A stretch of 32,000 nt of DNA from Acaryochloris thomasi RCC1774 (GCF_003231495.1 NZ_PQWO01000019.1:41899-73898), one strand, 5' to 3'; numbered from the stretch's first letter, positions 18,645 through 27,886 are shown. Notes: a model not told the origin generated them from the sequence alone. Program-made: numbers and translations.

Positions 18645-21269
18645 ATGCAACCCACAAACCCCAACCAATTTACTGAAAAAGCCTGGGCTGCGATCGCAAA
18701 TTCGCAGAACATCGTCAAACAGGCCCGCCAGCAGCACATGGAGAGCATCCATTTGATGCAGGCGCTGCTAGAGGAAGAGGGGTTAGCCAGTCAGATTTTT
18801 AATAAAGCCGGGGCCAACGTCCAAGAGGTTCGAGATCGTACCGCCTCAGTCATTAATGGACAGGCAAAGCTTGCCCAACCGAGTGACTCTATCTATTGCG
18901 GTCGCAGCCTCGACCAGCTTCTCGATCAGGCCGAAGCCCTGCGAAAAGAATTCAACGATGACTACATTTCTGTTGAGCATCTGGTTTTAGCCTTTGCTAA
19001 AGACGATCAGTTTGGCAAGCCACTCATGAAAGGGCTAGGGCTCGATGAAGCCAAGCTCAAAAAAGTGATTGAAGACATCAGAGGAAACCAACGAGTGACC
19101 GACCAGACCCCAGAAGTGAAGTACGAATCCCTAGAAAAATATGGTCGAGACCTCACGGAGCTGGCACGCTCCGGCAAACTTGATCCTGTTATTGGTCGAG
19201 ACGACGAGATTCGCCGCACTATCCAGATTTTGTCTCGCCGCACCAAGAATAACCCCGTGCTGATTGGGGAACCGGGCGTGGGCAAAACGGCCATTGCAGA
19301 AGGATTAGCTCAGCGCATTATTGCCCGTGATGTACCCGAGTCTTTACGTGATCGTCAACTGATTGCCCTCGATATGGGTTCCCTGATTGCAGGCGCAAAG
19401 TTCCGAGGTGAATTTGAAGAACGCCTTAAGGCTGTCCTTAAAGAAGTGATGGACTCCGAGGGGCAGATCATCTTGTTCATTGATGAAATTCATACGGTGG
19501 TAGGTGCAGGCGCTAGCCAAGGCGCAATGGATGCCGGAAATCTATTGAAGCCAATGCTGGCAAGAGGTGAGCTTCGTTGTATAGGCGCGACAACGTTGGA
19601 TGAATATCGTAAATACATTGAAAAAGATGCGGCATTGGAACGGCGTTTTCAGCAGGTATACATCGATCAACCCAGTATTACGGATACCGTCTCAATTTTG
19701 CGCGGTCTAAAAGAACGCTACGAAGTTCACCACGGCGTCAAGATTGCAGACAGTGCCTTAGTTGCAGCAGCAACGCTGTCGACGAGGTATATTTCGGATC
19801 GCTTCTTGCCGGACAAGGCCATTGATTTAATGGATGAGGCCGCCGCCAAGCTGAAGATGGAGATCACGTCTAAGCCGGAGGAGCTAGATGAGATTGATCG
19901 CAAGATTCTGCAGTTTGAGATGGAACGGTTATCTCTGCAAAAGGAAAGCGATCGCGCCTCTAAAGATCGTCTCAAGTCTTTAGAGAAAGAGCTGGCAGAC
20001 CTCAAAGAAGAACAGTCAAGCCTTACAACCCAGTGGCAGTCTGAGAAAGAAGGGATTGATCAGCTTCAGGTGATCAAAGAAGAAATCGATCGCGTCAATA
20101 TTGAGATTCAGAAAGCTGAACGCAACTACGACCTTAATCAGGCCGCAGAGCTGAAGTACGGCAAGCTCACGCAGCTCCAGTCAGATCTAGAGGAAGCCGA
20201 AGAAAAGCTAGGAGACACGCAGGACAAAAGTTCGTCGTTACTGCGTGATGAAGTGACAGAAGCCGATATTGCCGAAATTATTTCCAAGTGGACCGGCATT
20301 CCCGTCAGTAAGCTAGTGGCTTCTGAGATGGAAAAACTGCTCCATCTTGAAGATGAGCTGCACGAACGCGTGATTGGTCAGGATGAAGCGGTGACAGCGG
20401 TTTCTGATGCGATTCAGCGATCGCGAGCGGGACTCGCCGATCCCAATAAGCCCATTGCGAGCTTTATTTTCTTGGGTCCAACCGGGGTCGGTAAAACTGA
20501 GCTAGGTAAAGCTTTGGCATCCTATCTCTTTGATACAGAAGAAGCCATTGTCCGCATTGATATGTCGGAGTACATGGAGAAACATTCGGTATCACGTCTC
20601 GTCGGTGCGCCTCCGGGATATGTGGGCTATGACGAAGGGGGGCAGCTCACTGAAGCCGTTCGGCGGCGTCCATTCTCAGTCATTTTGTTTGATGAAATCG
20701 AGAAGGCCCACCCTGACGTATTCAACATCATGCTCCAGATTCTCGACGATGGTCGAGTGACTGATTCTCAGGGCCGTACGGTGGATTTCAAGAATGCCAT
20801 TATTATTATGACCAGCAATGTTGGCTCTAGTCATATTTTGGACATGGCAGGAGATGACGATCGCTATTCTGAGATGCAGAGTTTGGTGATGGGAGAGATG
20901 CGATCGCACTTTCGCCCTGAGTTCTTGAACCGCATTGACGACACGATCATCTTCCATAGCCTACGGAAAGATCAGCTCCGAGAGATTGTGAAGATCCAGG
21001 TGCAGCTATTAGAGAAGCGCTTAGCCGACCGCAAGATGTCGCTGAAGCTCTCAGAAGAAGCCCTCGACTTCTTGGCCGAGGTTGGCTTTGATCCAGTGTA
21101 CGGCGCTAGACCATTGAAGCGTGCTGTTCAAAGAGAGTTAGAGACACAGATTGCCAAAGCGATTTTACGCAGTGAGTTTGGCGATGGCGATACCATTTAT
21201 GTCGATGTTGAGAATGAGAGGCTGAGCTTTAAGGGACTTTCCGCCGAGAGGATGACAGCTAAGTCTTAG
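18645..21269 (+). CDS. clpB: ATP-dependent chaperone ClpB
   Basis: Two AAA+ modules (Walker A GEPGVGKT and GPTGVGKT), a long middle coiled-coil domain, and an N-terminal Clp_N domain. ATG 18645 preferred over TTG 18627. Confidence 0.95.
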   Translation: MQPTNPNQFTEKAWAAIANSQNIVKQARQQHMESIHLMQALLEEEGLASQIFNKAGANVQEVRDRTASVINGQAKLAQPSDSIYCGRSLDQLLDQAEALRKEFNDDYISVEHLVLAFAKDDQFGKPLMKGLGLDEAKLKKVIEDIRGNQRVTDQTPEVKYESLEKYGRDLTELARSGKLDPVIGRDDEIRRTIQILSRRTKNNPVLIGEPGVGKTAIAEGLAQRIIARDVPESLRDRQLIALDMGSLIAGAKFRGEFEERLKAVLKEVMDSEGQIILFIDEIHTVVGAGASQGAMDAGNLLKPMLARGELRCIGATTLDEYRKYIEKDAALERRFQQVYIDQPSITDTVSILRGLKERYEVHHGVKIADSALVAAATLSTRYISDRFLPDKAIDLMDEAAAKLKMEITSKPEELDEIDRKILQFEMERLSLQKESDRASKDRLKSLEKELADLKEEQSSLTTQWQSEKEGIDQLQVIKEEIDRVNIEIQKAERNYDLNQAAELKYGKLTQLQSDLEEAEEKLGDTQDKSSSLLRDEVTEADIAEIISKWTGIPVSKLVASEMEKLLHLEDELHERVIGQDEAVTAVSDAIQRSRAGLADPNKPIASFIFLGPTGVGKTELGKALASYLFDTEEAIVRIDMSEYMEKHSVSRLVGAPPGYVGYDEGGQLTEAVRRRPFSVILFDEIEKAHPDVFNIMLQILDDGRVTDSQGRTVDFKNAIIIMTSNVGSSHILDMAGDDDRYSEMQSLVMGEMRSHFRPEFLNRIDDTIIFHSLRKDQLREIVKIQVQLLEKRLADRKMSLKLSEEALDFLAEVGFDPVYGARPLKRAVQRELETQIAKAILRSEFGDGDTIYVDVENERLSFKGLSAERMTAKS

Positions 21270-21335
21270 TCTCTTCTTTCCATCAGTCTGTAGCAGATGT
21301 TGCTCTGCTCTCCGGCCACAGACTAGATTAGAGAC

Positions 21336-21521
21336 ATGAAGGTACGGGATATTATCAAGTTGCTTGAGAAAGACGGCTGGTTTTTAGCCAGAACTCGTGG
21401 GAGTCACCGTCAATACAAGAACGCAGATAAAGCTGGACTTGTTACCGTGCCGGGAAAATCAAGTGATGAGTTAGCTCCTGGAACTTTAAGCAGCATCTTA
21501 AAACAGGCAGGTCTTAAGTAA
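21336..21521 (+). CDS. hicA: type II toxin HicA (mRNA interferase)
   Basis: 61 aa. Signature LLEKDGW...RTRGSHRQY...VTVPGK...GTLSSILKQAGL. Confidence 0.85.
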   Translation: MKVRDIIKLLEKDGWFLARTRGSHRQYKNADKAGLVTVPGKSSDELAPGTLSSILKQAGLK

Positions 21522-21733
21522 TGCGTTATCTAGTGATTGTTGAAGAAACTAGCACGGGCTATTCTGCGTACTCTCCCGATGTACCTGGGTGTGTGTCAAC
21601 GGGTGCGACGCAGGAAGAGGTAGAAAAGAATATGCAGGAAGCCTTGGTATTTCACCTTGAGGGGTTGCAGCTTGAAGGTCTTCAGGTTCCAGTGCCATCT
21701 ACAAGATCGACCTATTTAACTGTTGCGGCATAG
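21521..21733 (+). CDS. hicB: type II antitoxin HicB (short form, no DNA-binding domain)
   Basis: YSAYSPDVPGCVSTGATQEEVEKNMQEAL matches the HicB/UPF0150 fold. The ATG overlaps the hicA stop (TAATG). Confidence 0.8.
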   Translation: MRYLVIVEETSTGYSAYSPDVPGCVSTGATQEEVEKNMQEALVFHLEGLQLEGLQVPVPSTRSTYLTVAA

Positions 21734-21785
21734 CTTACCTGAAAAGATTTAGACATTTTGGGTTTTGCGATCGCACTTCCGCTAA

Positions 21786-22583
21786 TTAGAACGATGTATA
21801 GGTCTGACGAATATATCGTGACAAATGATACGTAAGCAACTTAGCATCTTCAGAAGAAAGCTGAGTCTTGGCATTCTCTAAGAACTTTGGCAAGGCTTTT
21901 GGCTCCAGAACCCATATCCGTTTGTTTTGTTCTGGGGGTAATCGCTCCACCCACCAGCCAGGAAATAGAATAACAGGGTGAACTTTAACAGATCGCCCTG
22001 TTGACTCTCTGAGAATGTCAGACAACCAGCTTGCTGCTGCACAAGACTGTTCGATAGGGTTTCGGTCAATTCTTCTTCCATTCACTTGAAGCTCACCGTT
22101 TAGAAATCGGATGCTTGACTTTCCTGTTGCTGGCTTTGAAAAAGTTTTGGTTTCTATCGCAAACACGCCTTTTTCACCAATCAACACATGATCGATATTG
22201 AACCGCTCTCCCATCACATCATGAAAGACCTGAAAATCTTGTTCTCGCAAGCGCTCTAAATACTGTCCGACAGCTCTTTCACCATCTCTCCCTAGAACTA
22301 ATGCCCGGGCCTTTTGTCTAACGCGTAGAACTTGGTATATACAGAGAAGTGTCGCTATCATCGCAACAATAATATACGCACCAGGCTGTGGTGACGCGGT
22401 TGTATAGAACTTCCACACTTCAAGTCCAGCTAGCACCCACGAGAAGACGACTGCCGCTGCATAGGGATAACCCTGATCTTCAAGCAGCCGCTTTAGCTCT
22501 TCGTCCAGAGACTGGCCTGACAGACGTAGAGGTTGGTCTTTTAAGGGAGAGCGCTTTTTATTTCGATCAGAATGATGGCTCAT
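21786..22583 (-). CDS. membrane-anchored NERD-domain (nuclease-related) protein
   Basis: Two predicted TM helices (AAAVVFSWVLAGLEVW, YIIVAMIATLLCIY). These are followed by a NERD-like core GERAVGQYL...FHDV...IDHVLIGEKGVFAIETKT. Confidence 0.75.
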   Translation of the reverse strand: MSHHSDRNKKRSPLKDQPLRLSGQSLDEELKRLLEDQGYPYAAAVVFSWVLAGLEVWKFYTTASPQPGAYIIVAMIATLLCIYQVLRVRQKARALVLGRDGERAVGQYLERLREQDFQVFHDVMGERFNIDHVLIGEKGVFAIETKTFSKPATGKSSIRFLNGELQVNGRRIDRNPIEQSCAAASWLSDILRESTGRSVKVHPVILFPGWWVERLPPEQNKRIWVLEPKALPKFLENAKTQLSSEDAKLLTYHLSRYIRQTYTSF

Positions 22584-22610
22584 ATATTGTCATGCTCAAT
22601 AGCAAAAGAT

Positions 22611-22626
22611 TGACATATATATGTCA
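22611..22626. promoter_or_regulatory. perfect 16-bp palindrome, candidate VapB operator in a divergent promoter region
   Basis: TGACATATATATGTCA lies 11 nt upstream of the vapB ATG. A related half-site CATATATTGTCA (22581-22592) overlaps the NERD start codon. Confidence 0.5.
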
Positions 22627-22636
22627 TAGTGTCTAT

Positions 22637-22876
22637 ATGAGAACGACCGTCCGCCTTGCCGATGATCTAATGCGTGAAGTCAAACAACACGCTCTGAAGA
22701 CTGATCGCACCCTAACTCAACTGATTCAAGAAGCATTAGTGAATCTGATAGAGCGCGAGAAAAGTCAGGAATCTCCTCGTGTTATAGAGCTGACCACCTT
22801 TAGGGGGGACGGCGTTCAGCCAGGAGTTGATATCAATTCCAACGCAAATTTGTTAGAGAATATGGACAATCTCTAG
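22637..22876 (+). CDS. vapB: type II antitoxin VapB-like (79 aa)
   Basis: MRTTVRLADDLMREVKQHALKTDRTLTQLIQEAL is typical of antitoxins paired with TIGR00028-type PIN toxins. Ends 3 nt before the vapC ATG. The track ORF's upstream extension is antisense to the NERD gene. Confidence 0.75.
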   Translation: MRTTVRLADDLMREVKQHALKTDRTLTQLIQEALVNLIEREKSQESPRVIELTTFRGDGVQPGVDINSNANLLENMDNL

Positions 22877-22879
22877 CGA

Positions 22880-23320
22880 ATGAAGCTCTGCGACGTCAAC
22901 ATTTTTATCAATGCCCATCGGGCCGAACAGCAAGGCCACTTGTTCTATTATCAATGGCTAATTAATAGCCTGCAGCAAGAGTCAGCGTTTCTGTATTGCG
23001 AGTGGGTTTTCAGTGCATTCATTCGGATCGTCACTCATCCCAAAATCTATAAGACTCCGACGCCCATCGATCGAGCCCTTGCTTTTGTTAAAGACATCCG
23101 TGACCAGCCCAACAGCATTAGCATCATGCCAGGAGCCAGACATTGGACAATTTTCGAGCAACTGTGCCAAAAAACGAAAGCAACTGGTAACTTGATTCCC
23201 GATGCCTACCTAGCGGCCTTAGCCATTGAAGCTGATGCTGAATGGATTACCGCAGATTCTGACTTTGCAAGGTTTGAGCCGAACTTGAAATGGCAGTTGC
23301 TAAAACCACTAGAAAAATAG
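22880..23320 (+). CDS. vapC: PIN-domain ribonuclease toxin VapC
   Basis: N-terminal CDVNIFI (acidic D) and C-terminal IPDAYLAALAIEADAEWITADSDFARF. 146 aa. Confidence 0.8.
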   Translation: MKLCDVNIFINAHRAEQQGHLFYYQWLINSLQQESAFLYCEWVFSAFIRIVTHPKIYKTPTPIDRALAFVKDIRDQPNSISIMPGARHWTIFEQLCQKTKATGNLIPDAYLAALAIEADAEWITADSDFARFEPNLKWQLLKPLEK

Positions 23321-23321
23321 C

Positions 23322-23504
23322 GAGGTGGATATTGGGGAAGATGAGATCGCACCTGAGTTCTCAAACCGCATCAACGATACGACTATCAATCAAGTCACCA
23401 ACAGCAAAATGCCATGCCTGCTTATATTAGGTCTCCTAGCTAAGGAACAAATTGCCAACGTTGCGGCTTATGTTCAAGAACAGTATGAGAAAGGTTGGTT
23501 GTGA
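23322..23504 (+). pseudogene. C-terminal remnant of a cytochrome c6-like (class I c-type cytochrome) gene, lacking signal peptide and CxxCH
   Basis: Manual translation: ...TINQVTNSKMPCLLILGLLAKEQIANVAAYVQEQYEKGWL*. QVTN, MP, IANVAAYV and EKGW appear in the order seen in the C-terminal third of cyanobacterial cytochrome c6. The frame is closed by TAG at 23310-23312 inside vapC, and there is no heme-binding motif. Confidence 0.5.
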
Positions 23505-23616
23505 TCCAAAGAATAGTTCTAGACCTGATGATGCAAGAATGATGAAATCAAAATTTCATAGTTTAGAGCAGAAACAAGTATCCTAGCCTTGAACCTCTAT
23601 AAGCTGGCCCATACCT

Positions 23617-24015
23617 ATGTCTCCTTTAACTGGATTGATCACGGTCCTCGCCCTGCTCCTTTACTTTGTCCTCACAATCAACGTGGGTCGTGCCAGAGCT
23701 AAGTTTCAAGTGCCAGCACCCCAAACAACCGGCAATCCAGATTTTGAGCGATATTTGAGGGTTCAGAATAACACCCTAGAACAGCTCGTATTCTTTCTGC
23801 CGCTCCTGTGGCTATTTTCAGAATTCGTCAGCGTGGTTTGGGGTGCTGTTATTGGGGGTGTCTGGATTCTCGGACGAGTGCTCTACGCCTGGGGTTACTA
23901 CCAAGCGGCTGAAAAGCGAGGCCCCGGCTTTGCCCTCTCGTCTCTGTGCGGCATGGCGCTTTTAGTAGCTACGCTTGTAAAATTGAGCCTGCTAACCTTC
24001 GCTGAATTCAGTTAA
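23617..24015 (+). CDS. MAPEG-family membrane protein (microsomal glutathione S-transferase-like)
   Basis: 132 aa with a multi-helix hydrophobic profile. RVQNNTLEQLVFFLP motif region is typical of MAPEG proteins. Confidence 0.7.
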   Translation: MSPLTGLITVLALLLYFVLTINVGRARAKFQVPAPQTTGNPDFERYLRVQNNTLEQLVFFLPLLWLFSEFVSVVWGAVIGGVWILGRVLYAWGYYQAAEKRGPGFALSSLCGMALLVATLVKLSLLTFAEFS

Positions 24016-24094
24016 TCCTGAAATGGCCGGGTATATCAATCGAGTCATCGACTATCTCGTCTAACGGCATCTATTCTGTACCGCTGGCTCCAAC

Positions 24095-25687
24095 CTAAAT
24101 CGAGAATGGGGACAGCGCATATTCACGCCACTGCTTCTGAACGCGCTCAACCACAAAGGGTCTCACCGTGAGCCGAGGCGGGCAGCCGGTTGCAACATCA
24201 ATGCGCAAATAAGAATAGGGCCTGCGCTTTTGAGAACCGTGACCATTGCGCCCCACAAATAGCTTGGACTGGGCAATCACGCGCTGTTTGTCTTGGCTTT
24301 TCAACGCTGATCCCTGAGAACGTTGGCGGCGGAGACTAAACCCACTCCCGCCACAGACAATCCAGTTGAGGTGGGCATCGGCGTGGCCGGTTTCTTGCGT
24401 TCGCAGATACTCTAGGCAATGGGCATGGCCATTGAGAATCAGATCCACAAGAGAACGATTCTCTGGGAGAGGTGCAATCGCATCATGCACCGCATCAAAC
24501 ACCCGCTGCAAAGACTGGCGAATCGCCAGCGTCTGCCCCTGATTCCATTTAGTCGCCTCAGTGACATAGGGCGGATGGTGAAAATAGATAATGCGCCCCC
24601 GAACCTCAGGGTCATTCCAAGAAGCAATCAGCTGCTCCTCCAGCCATTTGAGTTGTTCGAGATCGATTTTGGAACGCTTCGTCGTCTCTAGCTGTTTTTC
24701 GATATCTCGAATTTGCTCTTCGATCTGCTCAGCCTTGGCATACAAATCATCAAGCTGCTCAGAATCAGCCTGTTCGGACATAGCTTTGGGCGCGGCCTCT
24801 AGCAGCCGCAACCGCTCCTGCCCAAGTTGATTGCGCTCGGCCTCTAGCTGACGACGGAGAACATCACCAACCTGTCCCTCAGGCAGCGGCTGAGGACTGT
24901 TGAAGGTATTAGAATCTAAGGCAAAGAAATCAATGCCGCCATAGCGAAACGTATAGTAGCGGTTAGGCAAACGGGTAAAATCTCCCGGTTGATAGCGAAG
25001 ACAGGCTCCGGTTTTTGTTGTGGCTGAGTAGTGACGCTCTAAATGTTGCTGAAGCTGCGACTCATTGACTCCCCTGAGGTAGTCGAGGAAGGCCCTTGCA
25101 TAGGCATCCCCTGCATAGGAACCATGCCAGCCCACATCTAAGTCAAGCTGATCTTGAAAGAGACGACGGATGGGGAGCGTGATCTGTGACAGCAGGCCCC
25201 AAGCCAAAGGAAGATCATAATAATCATGATTGCCAGGGACCGGCAGCATGGGGTGCTTGAAAACCATTTGGTCATAGGCAATTTGCTCCGGAGATTCACC
25301 GCCTACTAAGAAATCGCGATAGGGTTCAATGAAATTTTCTAAGTATTGTTCGCTGGACCCCACCAAATAGATGACATCTCCCATATGCAGCGTAAAGCGA
25401 CTCTCTTGCCCTTGGGCAAGCATACTTTCGGCTACGCGGCGCTGAGGACTATCGCCCCGATGGCGTCCGGCACCGCTATCGCCCACCACTAAAAATGAGA
25501 ATTCAGGATCATCAGCTCTGCCGTCATCAATGACCAGTCGCGTTTGATCAATGTTGTGCTTCAGACAGAGGGGATGCTGCCATCGCACCCGGTTCTGCAT
25601 CTTTTGAATTTTCTCAGCGATGGACGGATCGGAAGCTAGCTGCATCTCAAGAGACTCTAGGCGAGGGGGCAGGGGTATCGGCTTCAT
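24095..25687 (-). CDS. calcineurin-like metallophosphoesterase with an internal coiled-coil insertion
   Basis: Motifs VVGDSGAG, GDVIY, PGNHDYY, YFHHPPY, NGHAHCLEY. A charged coiled-coil of about 80 aa separates the N- and C-terminal motif sets. ATG 25687 lies 1 nt after the upstream stop (TGAgATG). The track ORF extends to 25738. Confidence 0.8.
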   Translation of the reverse strand: MKPIPLPPRLESLEMQLASDPSIAEKIQKMQNRVRWQHPLCLKHNIDQTRLVIDDGRADDPEFSFLVVGDSGAGRHRGDSPQRRVAESMLAQGQESRFTLHMGDVIYLVGSSEQYLENFIEPYRDFLVGGESPEQIAYDQMVFKHPMLPVPGNHDYYDLPLAWGLLSQITLPIRRLFQDQLDLDVGWHGSYAGDAYARAFLDYLRGVNESQLQQHLERHYSATTKTGACLRYQPGDFTRLPNRYYTFRYGGIDFFALDSNTFNSPQPLPEGQVGDVLRRQLEAERNQLGQERLRLLEAAPKAMSEQADSEQLDDLYAKAEQIEEQIRDIEKQLETTKRSKIDLEQLKWLEEQLIASWNDPEVRGRIIYFHHPPYVTEATKWNQGQTLAIRQSLQRVFDAVHDAIAPLPENRSLVDLILNGHAHCLEYLRTQETGHADAHLNWIVCGGSGFSLRRQRSQGSALKSQDKQRVIAQSKLFVGRNGHGSQKRRPYSYLRIDVATGCPPRLTVRPFVVERVQKQWREYALSPFSI

Positions 25688-25688
25688 C

Positions 25689-26657
25689 TCAAGTCTGGGG
25701 TACGACCTCAACCCTCGGAACAATAACTTTGAGGGCATGTTTTAATACCTTCAGCGTGACCGGCAGTGTCCCTAACGAATAACCATCAGCATGAACCGGC
25801 AGCTTGGCTTTAGATGAACAGCGGACTTCTGAAGCTAGATAGGTCTCAATCTTAGGACTATAGCGATATTGACCATTACTAATGGCCCAAAAATGGCGTA
25901 TTAATTCCCATTTGCTAAAGTTGCGAAAGACCTTGATCGTCAACAACCCATCATCGATGATAGCGTCAGGTGCGATCGCAAGTCCCGCCCCATAGTAGGA
26001 AGCATTGGCGACCACCATCAGCAATGCAGATCGCCGCAGCTTAGAGATCAGCCGCCCCCGCCGAAAACGGCGTGATCTGTCAGAGCAGCGAACAGAGCCA
26101 GGGAAAACGAGGTGGAGGCGTCGTGGCCGATAGCTGAAAGTTAGCCGCATCGCCTGCCCAATACGGCCCCAGCGTCCTCCCTTAATCTCTTCACTCACCG
26201 GAAACAACAGGGCATCTAAACCCACTCCTGCCGCCTCAAAGAAGTAGCGGTCCTTTGCCTGCCCCACATCAATAGAGCGGACCTGTCCCTGTGACAAGAC
26301 TTTGCAGGCTGCAGCGATATCGGTCGGAATATGAAGGCTACGGGCGAGGTTGTTGTACGTACCGATGGGCAAAATACCGAGCGGAATCGGAGCGCGGAGC
26401 AGCCCTGCCGCCACCTGGTTGACAGTACCGTCGCCCCCCCCGGCAATCACAAGATCATAACCCTCATCAATTGCCTGCTTCGCAACTTCAGTCGGAGAGA
26501 TATCAGGCTGAGTAAAGATCAGATCTGCACGAATGTTGGCCGCCTCTAAAGCCGCCACAATATCCGGGAGCTTCATTGGGTTAGGCTGGTCGTCCCCAGA
26601 AGACGGATTGATAATCAAGCGGGCACGCCTAAATTCAGACCCAGTAGTTTCAGACAT
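25689..26657 (-). CDS. diacylglycerol-kinase-family lipid kinase (YegS/BmrU-like)
   Basis: RARLIINPSSG and the catalytic DLVIAGGGDGTVNQVA motif. 322 aa. Confidence 0.85.
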   Translation of the reverse strand: MSETTGSEFRRARLIINPSSGDDQPNPMKLPDIVAALEAANIRADLIFTQPDISPTEVAKQAIDEGYDLVIAGGGDGTVNQVAAGLLRAPIPLGILPIGTYNNLARSLHIPTDIAAACKVLSQGQVRSIDVGQAKDRYFFEAAGVGLDALLFPVSEEIKGGRWGRIGQAMRLTFSYRPRRLHLVFPGSVRCSDRSRRFRRGRLISKLRRSALLMVVANASYYGAGLAIAPDAIIDDGLLTIKVFRNFSKWELIRHFWAISNGQYRYSPKIETYLASEVRCSSKAKLPVHADGYSLGTLPVTLKVLKHALKVIVPRVEVVPQT

Positions 26658-26717
26658 TTCCCCAACGACATTAGTTCACAGATCTCGAAAGCCGTTGGAC
26701 AACAATATCAGGTTTTT

Positions 26718-27674
26718 TTAAGCCCTTTGAGCCATCGTCATCTTGGCTCTGGGTCGCCTAACACCATGCGCTAGCCCTAAACGCTCTAGCCCTAGAATAA
26801 CCCACCAAGTCGAATCGACCTCCCACCACTGCCTGCCAGCGGTCGCAATCTTAGGGTTGGCGTGATGATTGTTATGCCAACCTTCACCGTAGGTCAGCAG
26901 CGCAGCCCACCAGAGATTGCGGGATCCATCCTTGATTTCAAAGGTGCAGTAGCCCCACACATGAGTCGCGGAGTTAATAAACCAAGTACAGTGCCACAGC
27001 ACAACAGTACGGACGACAATGCCGTACAACACATAGGACCAGCCGCCTAATCCGTAGAACAATAGCGCCAGCAAGAGCTGAGGAGCAACGAAGTGACGCT
27101 CAAGCCAGCAGTAATAGGGATCTTGAGCGATCTTCGGGACAAATCGACAGTGAGCAGCGGCATCGAAAGTCTGCCCCTGCGGATAGAGCAGCCATAGCAC
27201 ATGACTCCACCAAAAGCCTCGGTTCGCAGAATAGGGATCCCGCACATTGTCTTCAGTGAAGGCATGGTGCATCCGATGCGTACCCACCCAGAACAAAGGC
27301 CCTCCTTGGAGAGCCAGCACGCCAATAGTGACGACAACATACTCTAACCACTTAGGCAGTCGAAGGCTGCGGTGAGCCAGTAACCGATGATATCCCAAGC
27401 AGATGCCAACGCTACCGCAGAGCCAGTGCATCAGGATAGCCAACCCTAGAGCATCCCAAGAAAAGTACCAAGGCGCCAAAAGCACCAAGACATGAAAAGA
27501 CCCGAAAGCAAATGCATGGAGCCAGTTCAAGGAAAGCGACTCTTCGTTACTGAAGAGCCGAACAGATTTAGTCACAAAAGTCCCCTGTAAGCATATTTTT
27601 TGGTGTCTGCCCTGCCAAATCTTCCGCAGCTTTGAGCGCGAAGACAGAGTTGTTTTCAAACTCAGCGAACTCAT
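26718..27674 (-). CDS. desC: acyl-lipid delta-9 fatty acid desaturase (DesC-like)
   Basis: Three histidine boxes (HRLLAH, HRMHH, HNNHH) and GFWWSH. ATG 27674 gives 318 aa. The track ORF starts at TTG 27692. Confidence 0.85.
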   Translation of the reverse strand: MSSLSLKTTLSSRSKLRKIWQGRHQKICLQGTFVTKSVRLFSNEESLSLNWLHAFAFGSFHVLVLLAPWYFSWDALGLAILMHWLCGSVGICLGYHRLLAHRSLRLPKWLEYVVVTIGVLALQGGPLFWVGTHRMHHAFTEDNVRDPYSANRGFWWSHVLWLLYPQGQTFDAAAHCRFVPKIAQDPYYCWLERHFVAPQLLLALLFYGLGGWSYVLYGIVVRTVVLWHCTWFINSATHVWGYCTFEIKDGSRNLWWAALLTYGEGWHNNHHANPKIATAGRQWWEVDSTWWVILGLERLGLAHGVRRPRAKMTMAQRA

Positions 27675-27886
27675 CAAGGAATGGACAAACAATACCTTTC
27701 CAACCCTCGACGATCCAAGACTATCTGGCCTCTTCCCGCAGATAGATATTTGGCAGGAAGCTGGCTGAGTGTATCATTCTCAGGAGCAATCGCTACATCT
27801 ATTTCATCATTCCCCAAATGCATCAATATCACGACAAAGCACGGCTCTTTTTCGAGAGAGTGAGGCTAATTTCGAAGGCTGTCACA

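Noticed and set aside
22388-22636. N-terminal 83-codon extension of the vapB ORF in the six-frame track
   Set aside because: The extension is antisense to the NERD gene 5' end. The antitoxin-like sequence begins exactly at ATG 22637, just downstream of the palindromic operator.
21270-23616. HIP1 depletion as evidence that the TA/NERD island is foreign
   Set aside because: The island contains one HIP1 copy (21767-21774) in about 2.3 kb, close to the window average of about one per 2.1 kb. The count carries no signal.
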